NCBI GenBank assembly: GCA_963696405.1 | Contig: CAVOJY010000003.1 | Coordinates: 262,156-326,155, forward strand | Length of the DNA: 64,000 nucleotides | DNA from: an uncultured Chloroflexia bacterium | Lineage (GTDB): Bacteria; Chloroflexota; Limnocylindria; Limnocylindrales; CSP1-4 | Direction of reading: 5' to 3' | Shown here: piece by piece, positions 1 through 10,437 of the stretch | Layout: every line of letters begins with the position of its first letter | How positions within the stretch are numbered: position 1 is the first letter of the stretch | Made by a program: the position numbers and the translations under genes | The notes under the pieces: model-generated | The model's input: only the letters and a program-made list of their open reading frames with translations | Told to the model about the DNA's origin: nothing | The model's database searches: none

Positions 1-705
1 ATGATCTGCTTCCCGGCCCATCTCGACGGCGCCGGGGGCACGGTCCGCCTGCCAGAGGTGGCAGCGATCGCCCGACGCCGCGGCGTGCCGGTCCTCGTGG
101 ACGCGGCCTACCTGAACTACCCGGTCAACCTCATGGGCAGCTTCACGGCCGCCGGGGCCGACCTCGTCTGCTTCAGCGCCAAGTACTTCGGCGGGCCCAA
201 CGGCGGGGGCTTCATCGCGGGGCGGGCGGACCTCATCGACGCCGTTGCGGGGGTGGACTTCACCCGCTTCGAGTCGGGCCGCTACCTCATCTTCGGGCGG
301 CCCTTCAAACTCGACCGCCAGATCGTGGTGGGGGTGGTGGCCGCGCTCAGGGAATGGCTCACCATGGACCACACGGCGCGTTTTGCCGAGTACGCCAGGC
401 TGGTCGATATCGTCCGGAGCCGGCTGGCCGGCGTCCCGGGGATCGAGGCCGCTCCCATGTTCTTCTCCATGCAGGAAACGCTCCACCCCGCACCGGAGCC
501 GGTGAACTGCCTTGTCGTGCGCATCGACCCGGAGAGCGGCACGACCGCGCCGGTTGTCGAGGCAGCCCTGGCGGTACAGGACCCGGCGATCCTTGTCCAC
601 CTGCGCGACGATTCGGTCGTCGTGGACGTCGAGGTCATGAACGAGGCGGAGGCGCAGCTCGTCGCCGACCGGCTGCTCGAGCTGATCCCCGCGGCACGCC
701 GGTAG
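1..705 (+). CDS. SelA/DgaE-like PLP-dependent enzyme, probably 5'-truncated by the window edge
   Basis: Motifs VLVDAA, GADLVCFSAKYFGGP (PLP lysine) and GRPFKL resemble the SelA-like family. Confidence 0.7.
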   Translation: MICFPAHLDGAGGTVRLPEVAAIARRRGVPVLVDAAYLNYPVNLMGSFTAAGADLVCFSAKYFGGPNGGGFIAGRADLIDAVAGVDFTRFESGRYLIFGRPFKLDRQIVVGVVAALREWLTMDHTARFAEYARLVDIVRSRLAGVPGIEAAPMFFSMQETLHPAPEPVNCLVVRIDPESGTTAPVVEAALAVQDPAILVHLRDDSVVVDVEVMNEAEAQLVADRLLELIPAARR

Positions 706-731
706 CCCGTTCGAACCCGAGGGAGGTAGTG

Positions 732-1829
732 ATGGTCGCCCCGCCAACCCCGCCCTCCTTCGAGCAGCTGACGCGCAGCCTGGAGGCGCGCGGCCTCTCG
801 TACGGCGTCCTGGCCCTGGAGGACGAGGTTCGTCTGGTCCTGACCGAGCGGGGAGGCCGCCTGATGGGGCCGTTCCTTCCTGATGGGACGAGCGTCGCCT
901 GGATCAACCCGATGCTCGCCGATGCCGGGTCCCTCGGCCGGTTCCTGGAGTCGGGTGACTGGAACATGGGCGGGGACCGCATCTGGATCGCGCCCGAGGT
1001 CCAGTACCTGGCCACCGATCGCGACCGGTTCAACGAGACCTGCGTCATCCCCGAGCAGATGGACCCAGGGAGCTGGACGCTGGCCCGTGTTGACCCCGAT
1101 GCCGGTCGCTGGACGCTCCGGCAACGGGCGTCGCTCGAGGCCTACAGCCTGGCCCGGGGCCGGAAGACGGTCGACGTGGTGCGGCAGGTGACCCCCGTCC
1201 CGAACCCGCTGCGAAGCCTGCACGGGGCCGGTTCACTGATGGCGGGCGTCCGGTATGCCGGCTGGGAGCAGGCCGTGGCGCTGGCCGAGACGGTCGCAGA
1301 CGACATCGTGAGCGAGACCTGGAATGTGCTCCAGGTTCGGCCCGGCAGCACCATGCTCATCCCGTGTTCGCCGCGGATCGAGATCTCCGAGATCGGCGGC
1401 TACCGGGATCCCGTGCCGGAGGCTGCGAAGACCGTGCGCGGCAACCACCTGCGGATCGGTGTCACCGGCGACCGCCAGTGGAAGGTCGGGCTTCGTTCCG
1501 CGCACCTCACCGGCCGACTCGGGTGCCTCGTCCGGCCGGGCTCGGCGGAGCCCTGTCTCCTCGTGCGAAGCTTCGACAACAACCCCTCCGCTCTCTACGC
1601 CGAGGAGTCGTTCGACCAGCCGGGCAACAAAGGGAACTCGGTTCACGTGTACCACGACGATGGCGAGCTGGGCAGCTTCGGCGAGCTCGAGTGCAACGGC
1701 CAGGCCATCGGCGGACCGACCGGTCGCTCCACGAGCACGGACACGTTCACCACGTGGCTGTTCGCCGGCCCGGCCGGGTCGCTGCGCGAGATTGCCGCGC
1801 ACCTGCTGGGGATCGATATGCAGGCCTGA
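732..1829 (+). CDS. Conserved hypothetical protein (DUF6786-like, possible galactose-mutarotase-like fold)
   Basis: GGAGG RBS before ATG 732; motifs WNMGGDRIWIAPE and FGELEC. Confidence 0.55.
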   Translation: MVAPPTPPSFEQLTRSLEARGLSYGVLALEDEVRLVLTERGGRLMGPFLPDGTSVAWINPMLADAGSLGRFLESGDWNMGGDRIWIAPEVQYLATDRDRFNETCVIPEQMDPGSWTLARVDPDAGRWTLRQRASLEAYSLARGRKTVDVVRQVTPVPNPLRSLHGAGSLMAGVRYAGWEQAVALAETVADDIVSETWNVLQVRPGSTMLIPCSPRIEISEIGGYRDPVPEAAKTVRGNHLRIGVTGDRQWKVGLRSAHLTGRLGCLVRPGSAEPCLLVRSFDNNPSALYAEESFDQPGNKGNSVHVYHDDGELGSFGELECNGQAIGGPTGRSTSTDTFTTWLFAGPAGSLREIAAHLLGIDMQA

Positions 1830-2021
1830 TCCGCCGGGCGGCGTCGGGGAAGGTGTCGGGCGAACGGGGCAGAGGACCCGGCCGGGGGGCGTCGGTGGGG
1901 GTGGTCCGGCTCGGGCGGTCCGGCTCGCCGGCATCACGCTCCGGCCCGTGCTCCGTGACCGATACGCGATCGGCCGGCCGGGACCCGCCCGCCCGACGCT
2001 CTCGTGCCGATGCCCTCCGCT

Positions 2022-2270
2022 GCACTGCTGGCATCATAATTCCTGCGGCTTGCTGCTCGACTGGGAGCCCGATCAGGGTGCGGGGACCCTCCGCCGCGTC
2101 GGCGGGCCCGTCCGAACCGGCGCCCGAGCGGACGACCGGGTGCGAACCGCGCTCGCGGCGCACGGGACTGTGGCTTCGCTACCTCGGACAGGGCGGCATC
2201 AAGGCGCCCCGCTTCCGTCGACGCGGCCGGGTGCCGCCCGAAGTGCCAGGAATAGCGATGCCAGCAGTGC
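2022..2270. repeat. Nested inverted-repeat element (candidate structured ncRNA or MITE/REP doublet)
   Basis: Perfect 14-bp IR GCACTGCTGGCATC (2022-2035) / GATGCCAGCAGTGC (2257-2270), with nested arms 2039-2045/2247-2253, 2093-2105/2215-2227 and 2107-2115/2184-2193. Confidence 0.6.
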
Positions 2271-2392
2271 CCGGTCGGTGAAGGTGCCGCGGCAACATCC
2301 GTGGAAGAAGCTGCCCACGGGACCGAGCTGCCCGCGGGGGAGGGCCGCCCGCAGGAGTGTACCCGGGCTCCGCGCGGGCCCGGCGGCGTGGC

Positions 2393-3172
2393 CTACGCCG
2401 GGCGATCCCGGGCCACGGCGAGCTCTCGCGCGCCGTTCACCGCCACCAGGTCAAGGTCGGTGGCAAGCGTAACCATCCGGAACCCCTGCTCGAGGTAACG
2501 CCGCGCGCTCGCGCCATCGGGACAGAACATGCCGGCAACCTTGCCGGCGCGGTCGCAGGCAAGCCGTATGGCGTCGATCGCGGCTGCCAGGCGGTCCCTC
2601 TCGGCCGCTGACCGCTGCTCGACGTTCGGCGCGAGCCCCATCGAGAGCCCGAGGTCGAACGGCCCTACGAACACGACGTCCACGCCGGGAACTGCGGCGA
2701 TCTCGCCGGCGTTTTCGAGACCCGCCAGTGTCTCAACCTGGAGAATGAGCGCCGTCCCTTCCAGGACGGTGGGGTCGGCGGAGTCCATGACCATTCGGGC
2801 CCGCAGCGGCCCGAAGGAGCGAACGCCGGCCGGCGCGTAGCGGCAGGCCTCGACGGCCCGGACCGCTTCCTCCGCGGTGTTGACCATGGGAACCATGATC
2901 CCGTGTGCCCCCAGGTCGAGCGACTGGCCGATCACTGCGGGATCGTTCGCGGGCACCCGCGTGATCACTGCCGCGCCCCGGCCTCCGATGGCCGCGAACA
3001 GGCCGACCAGGTCGCCGGGTCCGATCGCGCCGTGCTGCTGATCGACGATCAACTCGTCGAACCCGCACGCGGCCATGGTCTCGGCGACGAACGGATCGGC
3101 CGAGAACACCCAGCCGCCGAGACTCGCCCGGCCGGCTGCCCAACGCGCCAGGAGTGGGTTCGCTTCGCTCAC
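2393..3172 (-). CDS. HpcH/HpaI aldolase family protein
   Basis: VDQQHG, LDLGAHGIMVPMV, ILQVET, VFVGPFDL; AAGGAG RBS before GTG 3172. Confidence 0.85.
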   Translation of the reverse strand: MSEANPLLARWAAGRASLGGWVFSADPFVAETMAACGFDELIVDQQHGAIGPGDLVGLFAAIGGRGAAVITRVPANDPAVIGQSLDLGAHGIMVPMVNTAEEAVRAVEACRYAPAGVRSFGPLRARMVMDSADPTVLEGTALILQVETLAGLENAGEIAAVPGVDVVFVGPFDLGLSMGLAPNVEQRSAAERDRLAAAIDAIRLACDRAGKVAGMFCPDGASARRYLEQGFRMVTLATDLDLVAVNGARELAVARDRPA

Positions 3173-3231
3173 GTTGACGTCTCCTTCGATCGCGTGCGAG
3201 GGTGAACTGGGGAGGTGAGCCGGGCCGAGGC

Positions 3232-4074
3232 TCAGAGGATCTTCGAGAGGAACGCCTTCGTGCGCTCGTGCTGTGGGCTGGTGAAGAAGTGCTCGGGCGT
3301 CCCCTCCTCGATGATGAGCCCGTCGTCCATCATGACCATCCGGTCGGCGACCTCGCGGGCGAACCCCATCTCGTGCGAGACGACGATCATGGTCATGCCC
3401 TCGCGCGCCAGCTCCTTCATGACCTCCAGCACCTCGCCGATCATCTCCGGGTCGAGGGCCGACGTGGGCTCGTCGAAGAGCATGAGGGCGGGCTTCATGG
3501 CGAGCGCGCGGGCGATCGCCACTCGCTGCTGTTGCCCGCCGGAGAGCTGGGCGGGGTAGGCGTTCTCCTTGGCCGAGAGACCCACTCGCGCGAGCAGTGC
3601 GCGGGCCATCTCGACCGCCTCCGCCTCCGGGGTCTTCCGCACGCGGATGGGCGCCTCGGTGATGTTCTGGATGGCCGTCTTGTGCGGGAACAGGTTGAAG
3701 CGCTGGAAGACCATCCCGATCTCCTGGCGCTGCCTGGCGACGTTCGACTCCTTGTCCTCGACCAGCTTCCCATCCACCTCCCGGTAGCCGATGAGGTGGC
3801 CGTTGACGAAGATGCGACCTCCCTGGATCTTCTCGAGGTGGTTGATGCAGCGGATGAACGTCGTCTTGCCGGAGCCGGAGACGCCGATCACGACCACGAC
3901 CTCCTGGCGCCGAACGGTAAGCGATACGCCCTTGAGGACGTGGAGCTTGCCGAACCACTTCTGGACGTCGCTCGCCTCGACGACGACGTCGCTCGACGGG
4001 CGCGGGACCCCGCCGATGGCGGCCAGGATGTCGTGCGCGATCACCACCTTCGGGGCTCCGGGGTCCGCCGCCAT
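3232..4074 (-). CDS. Polar amino acid ABC transporter ATP-binding protein
   Basis: Walker [26 protein letters not shown]. Confidence 0.95.
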   Translation of the reverse strand: MAADPGAPKVVIAHDILAAIGGVPRPSSDVVVEASDVQKWFGKLHVLKGVSLTVRRQEVVVVIGVSGSGKTTFIRCINHLEKIQGGRIFVNGHLIGYREVDGKLVEDKESNVARQRQEIGMVFQRFNLFPHKTAIQNITEAPIRVRKTPEAEAVEMARALLARVGLSAKENAYPAQLSGGQQQRVAIARALAMKPALMLFDEPTSALDPEMIGEVLEVMKELAREGMTMIVVSHEMGFAREVADRMVMMDDGLIIEEGTPEHFFTSPQHERTKAFLSKIL

Positions 4075-4925
4075 CAGTGGTCTCCCACGGCAATCTCGCC
4101 GGGCTTCGAGGCGGGCTTTCGCAGGCCGACGAGACGCTCGAGGAAGCCCTTCTGCTTCTCGCCCCCGGCGCTGGCGCCCAGCCGGCGCTCGATCCGTCCC
4201 TGGATCGCGCTCCAGATCGTGGTGAGGGCCAGGTAGTAGAGCGCCACGCCCAGGTACGCCTCAAACGTCTTGAACGTGGCGGAGTTCGCCGCCTGGGCCA
4301 CCCGGAAGATCTCCTGGACCGCGATGACGCTCATGAGGGAGGTCGTCTTCAGCATGTTGTTGAATTCGTTGCCAAGCGGCGGGATGATCACCCGGAGGGC
4401 CTGCGGGAGGACGATCCGGCGCATCGTCAGCCCGTACGTCATCCCGAGTGACTTCGCGGCCTCCGTCTGGCCCGGATCGACCGAGAGGATGCCTGCCCGG
4501 ACGATCTCGCTCATGTAGGCACCCTCGTTGATACCGAGGGCGACCGTGCCCGCCAGCACGGCGCCTCGGAGCGAGAACCACCCCACCTCGATGTTGTTGG
4601 GAAACAGGTCCAGGCCGCCGAGGAGGTAGGGGGTGCCGAAGTAGATGAGGAACATCTGCACGAGCACGGGGGTGCCCCGGAAGAACCAGACGTACCCGCC
4701 GCTGATGCCGCGGATGACCCGGCTCCGAGACATGCCGCCGAGCGCCGAGAGCGTCCCCAGGATCACCCCCATGGACTGGGCCACGATGGAGGCATAGATC
4801 GTGATCGCGAGGCCCCCCAGGAGCGCGCTCGACGGCGTGAAGACGAAATCGAAGAAGAACTCCCAGTCGAACTGGAAGCCCGTCGCCGCGATCAGGGAAC
4901 CGTCGAGCAGGATCGGGGGCTGCAC
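4074..4925 (-). CDS. Polar amino acid ABC transporter permease
   Basis: RGTPVLVQ and the EAA loop [11 protein letters not shown]. Confidence 0.93.
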   Translation of the reverse strand: MQPPILLDGSLIAATGFQFDWEFFFDFVFTPSSALLGGLAITIYASIVAQSMGVILGTLSALGGMSRSRVIRGISGGYVWFFRGTPVLVQMFLIYFGTPYLLGGLDLFPNNIEVGWFSLRGAVLAGTVALGINEGAYMSEIVRAGILSVDPGQTEAAKSLGMTYGLTMRRIVLPQALRVIIPPLGNEFNNMLKTTSLMSVIAVQEIFRVAQAANSATFKTFEAYLGVALYYLALTTIWSAIQGRIERRLGASAGGEKQKGFLERLVGLRKPASKPGEIAVGDH

Positions 4926-5032
4926 CCGCGAACCTCCGGGGAACGACGGGCCGGGTGAGATCTCACGCCCGGCCCGCCTGCAACAGGTTGGACTCTGTCA
5001 GGCGGCAGACGGCCCGCCGCCCGTCCTCCGTG

Positions 5033-5908
5033 CTACTTCAGGAGCTCGACCGAGTCGGTCATCCCCCACCTGGCCACGATCTCCTTCATCTTCCCGCTGG
5101 CATACAGCTGGTCGATGACCGCGGCTACCGCAGCCTTCAGCTCGGCCTCACCCTTCCGGACGGGGATACCGATCGGCTCGGCGTTGACCGTCGCTACGAT
5201 CTCGACCTTGTCCTTGTTCTCGGGAATGCTCAGGTAGTACGCCGCCACCACGGAGTCCGTGACGTACCCGTCGACGCGCCCGAGAGCCAGCTGCGCGAAG
5301 GCATCGGTGTCCCTGTCGAAGGTCTGGATGTCGATCGGCTTCTTGCCGGCTGCCACGAGCTTGTCACTCGCGTCCTTGACGAGGGCCTCGTTCGTGGTGG
5401 CGAGCTGGACGGCCACGGCGCCTCCGGAGAGATCGTCGAGCGACTTGATGCCCTTGGGGTTGCCGCCGACGACCATGATCCCCTGGCCGACCGACAGGTA
5501 CGGGACGAAATCGACCTCCTTGCTCCGCTCCTCGGTCACCGTCATGCCGCTGATGATGAGGTCGCACTTGCCGGCCTTGAGCGCGGGGATGATCCCGTCA
5601 AACCCGGTGTTGTCGATCTGCGCCTTGACGCCGAAGGCCGTGGCGATCTCGTTCGCGATGTCGATGTCCGAGCCCTGGGGCGTGACGCCGTCCTCCGCGT
5701 AGAACTCCTCCGGCGGGAACGAGATGTCGACGCAGAAGACGACTTTGCCGGCCTGCTTGATGGAGTCGGGGACGACGATACCGCCCGCGCTCGGGGCCGC
5801 GGTCGGGGCGGGGGTCGCGGTCGGCGCCGGGGTGGCGGCGCTGCTGCAGGCTCCCGCAACGATGAGGGCCGCGATGGCCGCAACGGCCAGTGTTCGCCAG
5901 GATCGCAT
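5033..5908 (-). CDS. Amino acid ABC transporter substrate-binding lipoprotein
   Basis: Lipobox AGAC, Ala/Pro/Thr linker, family-3 motifs GSDID and FDGIIPAL. Confidence 0.92.
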   Translation of the reverse strand: MRSWRTLAVAAIAALIVAGACSSAATPAPTATPAPTAAPSAGGIVVPDSIKQAGKVVFCVDISFPPEEFYAEDGVTPQGSDIDIANEIATAFGVKAQIDNTGFDGIIPALKAGKCDLIISGMTVTEERSKEVDFVPYLSVGQGIMVVGGNPKGIKSLDDLSGGAVAVQLATTNEALVKDASDKLVAAGKKPIDIQTFDRDTDAFAQLALGRVDGYVTDSVVAAYYLSIPENKDKVEIVATVNAEPIGIPVRKGEAELKAAVAAVIDQLYASGKMKEIVARWGMTDSVELLK

Positions 5909-6119
5909 GAGACTGGTTCCTCCTCGTGGTGTAATGCCCAGGACTGCGTACGGGCGGTCCCGGCCGCCCTGGACGAGAGTAGCGAACGGGACGGCCAGCG
6001 CATGATGCTACTACGCCGGGTGGTCGCGCCCGCAGCCGGGAACCTCCCTGCCGGCATCTTCGGGCGATCGTGGGATGGCCCGTCCCGTTGTCCGCGCGCC
6101 ACTTCGGTAGCATGAGCGC

Positions 6120-7184
6120 GTGCCGTCTGCCCTCTCGCGCCGCACTCCGCTGACCGAGCTCCACTGCCACCTGGGCGGCGCCGTGACGCCTGCCATCATG
6201 TGGGGGATCGCCCATGCCCAGGGGATCAAGCTCCCCACGAAAGACTTCTGGGAGTTCCGGAACGTCATTACCGTGTCGGCCCGGCGCGGGCGGTCGTTCG
6301 AGGACTACCTCGAGCTCTTCTACTGGACGGAGCTCATCCAGTCGTCACCCCTCGCCGTCGAGCGCTCCGTCTACGAGGTGATCGGAGGCGCGTACCGCAA
6401 GAGCAACGTGACGACGGTCGAGCTTCGTTTCAATCCCATGAAGCGGAACCGCGGCGGCGAGCAGGATCTCGACCACATCATCAGCGCCGCGATCCGCGGC
6501 ATGGACCTGGCGGTGCTGGAGTACCCGGTGCGCCCGGGCCTCATCTTCTGCCTGGACCGGTCGTTCCCCTACGCCCTGAACGAGATCATCGCCGAGAAGG
6601 CCATCGCGTACGCACCTCGCGGGGTGGTGGGGATCGACATTGCCGGCCCGGAATCGGCGGACTTCCGGGTGCGCGACTACCGGCGCCTCGTGGAGCGCTG
6701 CCGGCGGAACCGCCTGGGGATCACGGTCCACACCGGCGAGGCGGGGCCGGTCGAGGAGGTTGCCGAGGTCATCGAGCAGCTCGGGCCGGCCCGCATCGGC
6801 CATGGGGTGAAGTCGGCCTACGATCCGCGGACGATGGCGATGATCCGCGAGCGCGGGATCGTCCTGGAGATCTGCCCCACGAGCAACCTGACGACGCGGG
6901 TGGTGTCGGGCTGGGAGGAGTTCCGCTGGATCTTCGACACGTTTCGACGAAACGGTGTGCGCTTCACCATCAACACCGACGGTCCGACCATGCTGAAGGT
7001 CGACCTCCGAGACGAGCTGTCCGTGCTCGGCCGGCTGGGGATCCTCTCCCTGGAGGAACAGCTGGAAGCGGCCGACTGCGCGCGCCGGGCCTCCTTCGTG
7101 CCCGGGGTCGGGGTGCCCGCCCAGACCGCGCAGGCGTCGCGTCGGCTGCCTGCGAAGAGCACCGTTGCGCGCGAAGAGGCGTAG
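6120..7184 (+). CDS. Adenosine deaminase family protein with an atypical active site
   Basis: ELHCHL, HTGE, RIGHG, EICPTSN, NTDG. Confidence 0.85.
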   Translation: MPSALSRRTPLTELHCHLGGAVTPAIMWGIAHAQGIKLPTKDFWEFRNVITVSARRGRSFEDYLELFYWTELIQSSPLAVERSVYEVIGGAYRKSNVTTVELRFNPMKRNRGGEQDLDHIISAAIRGMDLAVLEYPVRPGLIFCLDRSFPYALNEIIAEKAIAYAPRGVVGIDIAGPESADFRVRDYRRLVERCRRNRLGITVHTGEAGPVEEVAEVIEQLGPARIGHGVKSAYDPRTMAMIRERGIVLEICPTSNLTTRVVSGWEEFRWIFDTFRRNGVRFTINTDGPTMLKVDLRDELSVLGRLGILSLEEQLEAADCARRASFVPGVGVPAQTAQASRRLPAKSTVAREEA

Positions 7185-7223
7185 CGGCCTCTGCGGCGCA
7201 GCGCGCCACCGGCGTTGCGCCCG

Positions 7224-7901
7224 TCAGGCGCGGGCGGGATCGACCCGATGATCGATCCGGTAGATGCAGAAGCGGTCGCCCGCCGCGATGCTCGCCTCGC
7301 GCGTCACCTCGGCCTCCAGGACGTCCTGCAGGAGGTCCAGCTGGATGGCGCAGGCCGCCGGTTCGCCGGCGATGACCCGGAAGAACGGGCAGTTCCGCTG
7401 TTGCAGCCGCAGCGCATCCCCGTTCGTCACCTCGGCAATGAACCCCTGGCTGCGCTGGAAGGCCGCGAGCGCCCGGGCCCGGTCCTCAAGCGGCGACGAG
7501 TCGAGACCCTCGGCCGCGAACCGGGCGCGAATGCGCTCCGCCTGGGTGTGGCGAATGGCGTCGAAGACGTCCGCGAGGAGGGCCGGCCCGCCGACTCGCT
7601 GGATCCCGTCCAGCAGCGATCGCGCGAAGCCAGGGTAATTGGCCTCCACGAGGCCCTGGGCACGCGGCGTGACGTCGTAGAGGTGGCGGGGACGCCCCAC
7701 GCCGTGACGGAGGCTCGTGCGATCGACGAGGCCCGCCTGGGCCAGCACCCGCAGCTGGTGGAGGACGGCGGTGCGGCTGAGGTCCACGCGCGCGGCGAGC
7801 GTCTCGGGCGTCAGCGGGCCTTCCCGGAGCAGCGTCAGCAGGATGGCGCGACGCGTCGTCGACGATCCGAGCGGCTGCTCCGCCAGGGTGGTCGGGTCCA
7901 T
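7224..7901 (-). CDS. SufR-like HTH transcriptional regulator
   Basis: N-terminal wHTH with GRPRHLY; C-terminal NCPF..C..GDRFC cysteine pattern. Confidence 0.75.
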   Translation of the reverse strand: MDPTTLAEQPLGSSTTRRAILLTLLREGPLTPETLAARVDLSRTAVLHQLRVLAQAGLVDRTSLRHGVGRPRHLYDVTPRAQGLVEANYPGFARSLLDGIQRVGGPALLADVFDAIRHTQAERIRARFAAEGLDSSPLEDRARALAAFQRSQGFIAEVTNGDALRLQQRNCPFFRVIAGEPAACAIQLDLLQDVLEAEVTREASIAAGDRFCIYRIDHRVDPARA

Positions 7902-8058
7902 TGCGCCTGAGCGTACCATCTGCGGCCCCCCGGGAAGAAGGCGGCGGCGCGCGGGCCCTTGCCGTCGCCGGCCATCGTCGCCGGCCATCGTCGACGGCGT
8001 CGAGCGTGGCGCAAGGCCATCCGGAGGACGGTCCCATGCCCTGTCGTACCATTCCCGC

Positions 8059-9396
8059 ATGCCCGAGCTCCAGGCCTTCCGCGCCCTGCGCTTCGACCCG
8101 AGTGTCGTCGGGTCCCTCGCGGACGTGATCAGCCCGCCCTACGACGTCATCTCCCCGGAGCGCCAGGCTGCCCTGGCGGCCCGGCACCCGCGAAATGCAG
8201 TGTGGATCGATCTGCCGCCCGCCGAGCCCGGCGATGACCCGGAGGCGAAGTACCGGCGGGCCGGGGCGGCCTTCGCGGCCTGGCGGGTCGACGGCACGCT
8301 CCGCGCGGACCCGGAGCCCGGCGTCTACGCGTACGAGCAGTCGTTCACGCTGCCGGGTGGTTCGGAGCGGCGGGTCCAGCGAGGGTTCTTCGCCCGGCTC
8401 CGGCTCGAGCCGTTCGGCCCCGGGTCGGGTGTCCTGCCCCACGAGCGCACGATGAGCGGCCCGAAGGAGGACCGCTATCGGCTGATGGAGGCGACGGCGG
8501 CGAACCTGAGCCCGGTCGTCCTGCTCTACCGTGACGGTTCCGACCGGCCCGCCGAGCGGGCGCTGGCGGGGATCTGCGAGTCGCCCGCGCTCATCGACGT
8601 GAACGACGACGAGGGCGTGCGACACCGCGTCTGGCGTGCGGATGCCGGCGGCGGCCCCGGCTCGCCGGGAGCCGTCCTCCTGGCAACCGCCGGCGCAGCG
8701 CCGCTCACGATCGCCGACGGCCACCACCGGTACGAGACGGCGCTCCGCTACGCGCATGAGCACGGCGCCCTGCCTCCTGATGGCCCCCTGTCACCCGCTC
8801 CGGCTCCGGTCGATGGCTCGTCCGCGGACCGCATCCTGACCCTGCTCCTGGCCGCGGGTCACGGGCTGGCCGTGCTCGCGACCCACCGCGTGGTGCGTGG
8901 AGGGCTGAGCGGCGCCGGGCTCATCGAGGCCTGCCGGGAGCTCTTCGAAGTCGAGCCCATCGCAACGGCACGTGAGCTGATCGCAGCCTTCCCGCCGGGG
9001 ACGGCCGGGCCGCGCGGCCGTTTCGGCCTCTGGACCGGGGGACGGGCCGCCATCCTGCACACCCGCCCCTCGGCCTTCGATCGGGTCGCGGACCCCGCCG
9101 CCGCGGAGACGCTCCGCCGGCTCGACGTGAGCCTCCTCGCGGTCGCGCTGGAGCGGCTCGTGGGTCTCGATCGCGACGCGACCGCGGCCGGCGGACGGCT
9201 CACCTACACGAAAGATGGCGCCGAGGCCGTGGCGCTCGTGGACCGTGGTGATGGCGACGCCGCCTTCCTCCTCGACCCGACCCCCCCGGAGGACGTGATC
9301 CGGGTTGCGGCCGCTGGTGGTGTCATGCCCCAGAAGTCGACCTACTTCTACCCGAAACCCGTGTCCGGGCTGCTCTTCAACCCGTTCGACCTGTGA
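8059..9396 (+). CDS. DUF1015 family protein
   Basis: PPYDVI, PHERT, IADGHHRYET and MPQKSTYFYPK. Confidence 0.9.
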   Translation: MPELQAFRALRFDPSVVGSLADVISPPYDVISPERQAALAARHPRNAVWIDLPPAEPGDDPEAKYRRAGAAFAAWRVDGTLRADPEPGVYAYEQSFTLPGGSERRVQRGFFARLRLEPFGPGSGVLPHERTMSGPKEDRYRLMEATAANLSPVVLLYRDGSDRPAERALAGICESPALIDVNDDEGVRHRVWRADAGGGPGSPGAVLLATAGAAPLTIADGHHRYETALRYAHEHGALPPDGPLSPAPAPVDGSSADRILTLLLAAGHGLAVLATHRVVRGGLSGAGLIEACRELFEVEPIATARELIAAFPPGTAGPRGRFGLWTGGRAAILHTRPSAFDRVADPAAAETLRRLDVSLLAVALERLVGLDRDATAAGGRLTYTKDGAEAVALVDRGDGDAAFLLDPTPPEDVIRVAAAGGVMPQKSTYFYPKPVSGLLFNPFDL

Positions 9397-9412
9397 ACCG
9401 GGAGAAGGCCGC

Positions 9413-10237
9413 GTGGTGAGCTTCGCTCGACCCATCCGCAAGGACGAGATCCTCATCGAGGACCGCGGCGTCTTTGTCGAATCCTGGCTTCCCGAGCGGC
9501 GGTCGCGTCACCGGCCGCTCTTCCTGGTGCACGGCGAGCTCGGCGGGTCGTGGGTCTGGGAGCGTTACCTGGGCCACTTCGCACAGCGAGGGTGGGAAGG
9601 TCACGCGCTCAACCTGCGTGCCCACTACTGGTCGGAGCCCGCCGACGTCAGCACTCTCGGCTTCGGCGACTACGTCGAGGACGTCGGGGTCAGCCTCGAG
9701 CACATGACGGCCCCGCCGATCGTCTTCGGCCACGGTCTGGGCGGGCTGCTGGCGCTCAAGGCCGCCGAGTCGCGCTCGGTCAGCGCCCTCATCCTGATCA
9801 GCCCGGCGCCTCCGGCCGAGGTGCGAATGCCACCCCGGCCGCACGTGGTCCGCGAGGTCCCGGATGTCTACGGCCGGGAGTTCGTCGGCTGGCAGGCCAT
9901 GCCGGAGCAGCTGCACCGGAGGATGCCTGACCTCGCGGTGGAGGACGTCCTTCGCATCCAGCACCTCATGGGCCGGGAGTCGGGGAGCGTCCGCCGGACC
10001 ATGCTCATGGGGGTGCCGGTCGATCGGTCGGCGCTCGCCGGGATACCGATCCTCGTCGTCGGCGGTGGGCTCGATCGCTGGTTCCCCGAACGTGAGAGCG
10101 AGCGGCTGGCCGAATGGCTCGACGCGGACTACGAGCCGTTCGGGGCTCACTCGCACTACGGGCTCGTCATCGGCGCGGAGGCCTACGCCCAGGTGGCCGA
10201 GACGGTGCGGGCGTTCCTGGAGTCGCGTCGGCTCTGA
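9413..10237 (+). CDS. Alpha/beta hydrolase-fold protein lacking the canonical nucleophile Ser (GHGLGG)
   Basis: FLVHG oxyanion motif, GHxxGG elbow, C-terminal HSH. Confidence 0.75.
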   Translation: MVSFARPIRKDEILIEDRGVFVESWLPERRSRHRPLFLVHGELGGSWVWERYLGHFAQRGWEGHALNLRAHYWSEPADVSTLGFGDYVEDVGVSLEHMTAPPIVFGHGLGGLLALKAAESRSVSALILISPAPPAEVRMPPRPHVVREVPDVYGREFVGWQAMPEQLHRRMPDLAVEDVLRIQHLMGRESGSVRRTMLMGVPVDRSALAGIPILVVGGGLDRWFPERESERLAEWLDADYEPFGAHSHYGLVIGAEAYAQVAETVRAFLESRRL

Positions 10238-10307
10238 GAGTCGCGGCGCGCGGAGCGTCCGTGATATCATCCCGCCGGTCCCGGCCGCCCGTCGCGGCTC
10301 GCGCGGT

Positions 10308-10384
10308 GCCGCATTCGTCTAGAGGCCCAGGACACCGCCCTCTCAAGGCGGAGATCACCGGTTCGAATCCGGTATGCGGTACCA
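10308..10384 (+). tRNA. tRNA-Glu(CTC)
   Basis: Acceptor stem GCCGCAT/ATGCGGT, anticodon arm CCGCC-CTCTCAA-GGCGG, GGTTCGAATCC, encoded CCA. Confidence 0.97.
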
Positions 10385-10437
10385 ATCCCCCCAGGATCGG
10401 CTCTATGTGCGCGCGCCCGTCCCGGCGGCGGCCATCC

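Noticed and set aside
1-705. Selenocysteine synthase selA
   Set aside because: No selB, selC or selD nearby, and the motifs fit the broader SelA-like family.
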